Origin: Andalucia godoyi And28
Lineage: Eukaryota > Protista > Jakobida
Reading direction: 5' to 3'
NCBI GenBank assembly: GCA_009859145.1
Contig: VRVR01000001.1
Location: 371,393 to 435,392, forward strand
DNA length: 64,000 nt
Shown: in pieces, positions 63,926-64,000 of the stretch
Layout of the letters: each line of letters starts with the position of its first letter
Position numbering within the stretch: the stretch's first letter is position 1
Position numbers and translations under genes: made by a program
The notes under the pieces: generated by a model
The model's input: the letters and a program-made list of their open reading frames with translations, nothing else
The model's database searches: none
What the model was told of the DNA's origin: nothing

Positions 63926-64000
63926 GCATGGACAGCAAAAATAAAAATAAGAAATGAGCGTCGCTGTGCGAGAATGCAACGCGGTGGCATGTTTATAGGG

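Overview
Gene-dense, nearly intron-free eukaryotic DNA in the standard code. It comes from a flagellated, mitochondriate protist; the compact architecture resembles a free-living discoban such as a jakobid, but that is inference only. About 21 intact protein genes are supported. They include ciliary genes (a 4344-aa single-exon inner-arm dynein heavy chain, CFAP46, an EF-hand/WD40 WDR49/CFAP337-like protein) and housekeeping genes (organellar-type ProRS, MINDY deubiquitinase, FHIP/FAM160, ASPG, TMEM53-like, MED22, Misato, SPT small subunit, Reb1/TTF1-like Myb, nucleoredoxin, AK, HINT, two NDKs). The most notable signal is intergenic: three mutually diverged relics of a Fanzor2/TnpB-type RNA-guided nuclease element (~3.2-3.6 kb +, ~39.3-39.85 kb -, ~63.77-63.93 kb -). 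Their nuclease ORFs are destroyed, but two copies keep a ~110-nt 3' end with a covarying, strand-specific hairpin, consistent with an omegaRNA scaffold. Other points: a ~600-bp near-identical duplicated TLDc-like pseudogene fragment, a nucleoredoxin with a SlyD-like His/Cys tail, a catalytically degenerate SNase-domain protein, a clustered TGTCAGTG promoter motif, and a 190-bp (CTAA)n array. All family assignments come from recalled motif recognition, not database searches.
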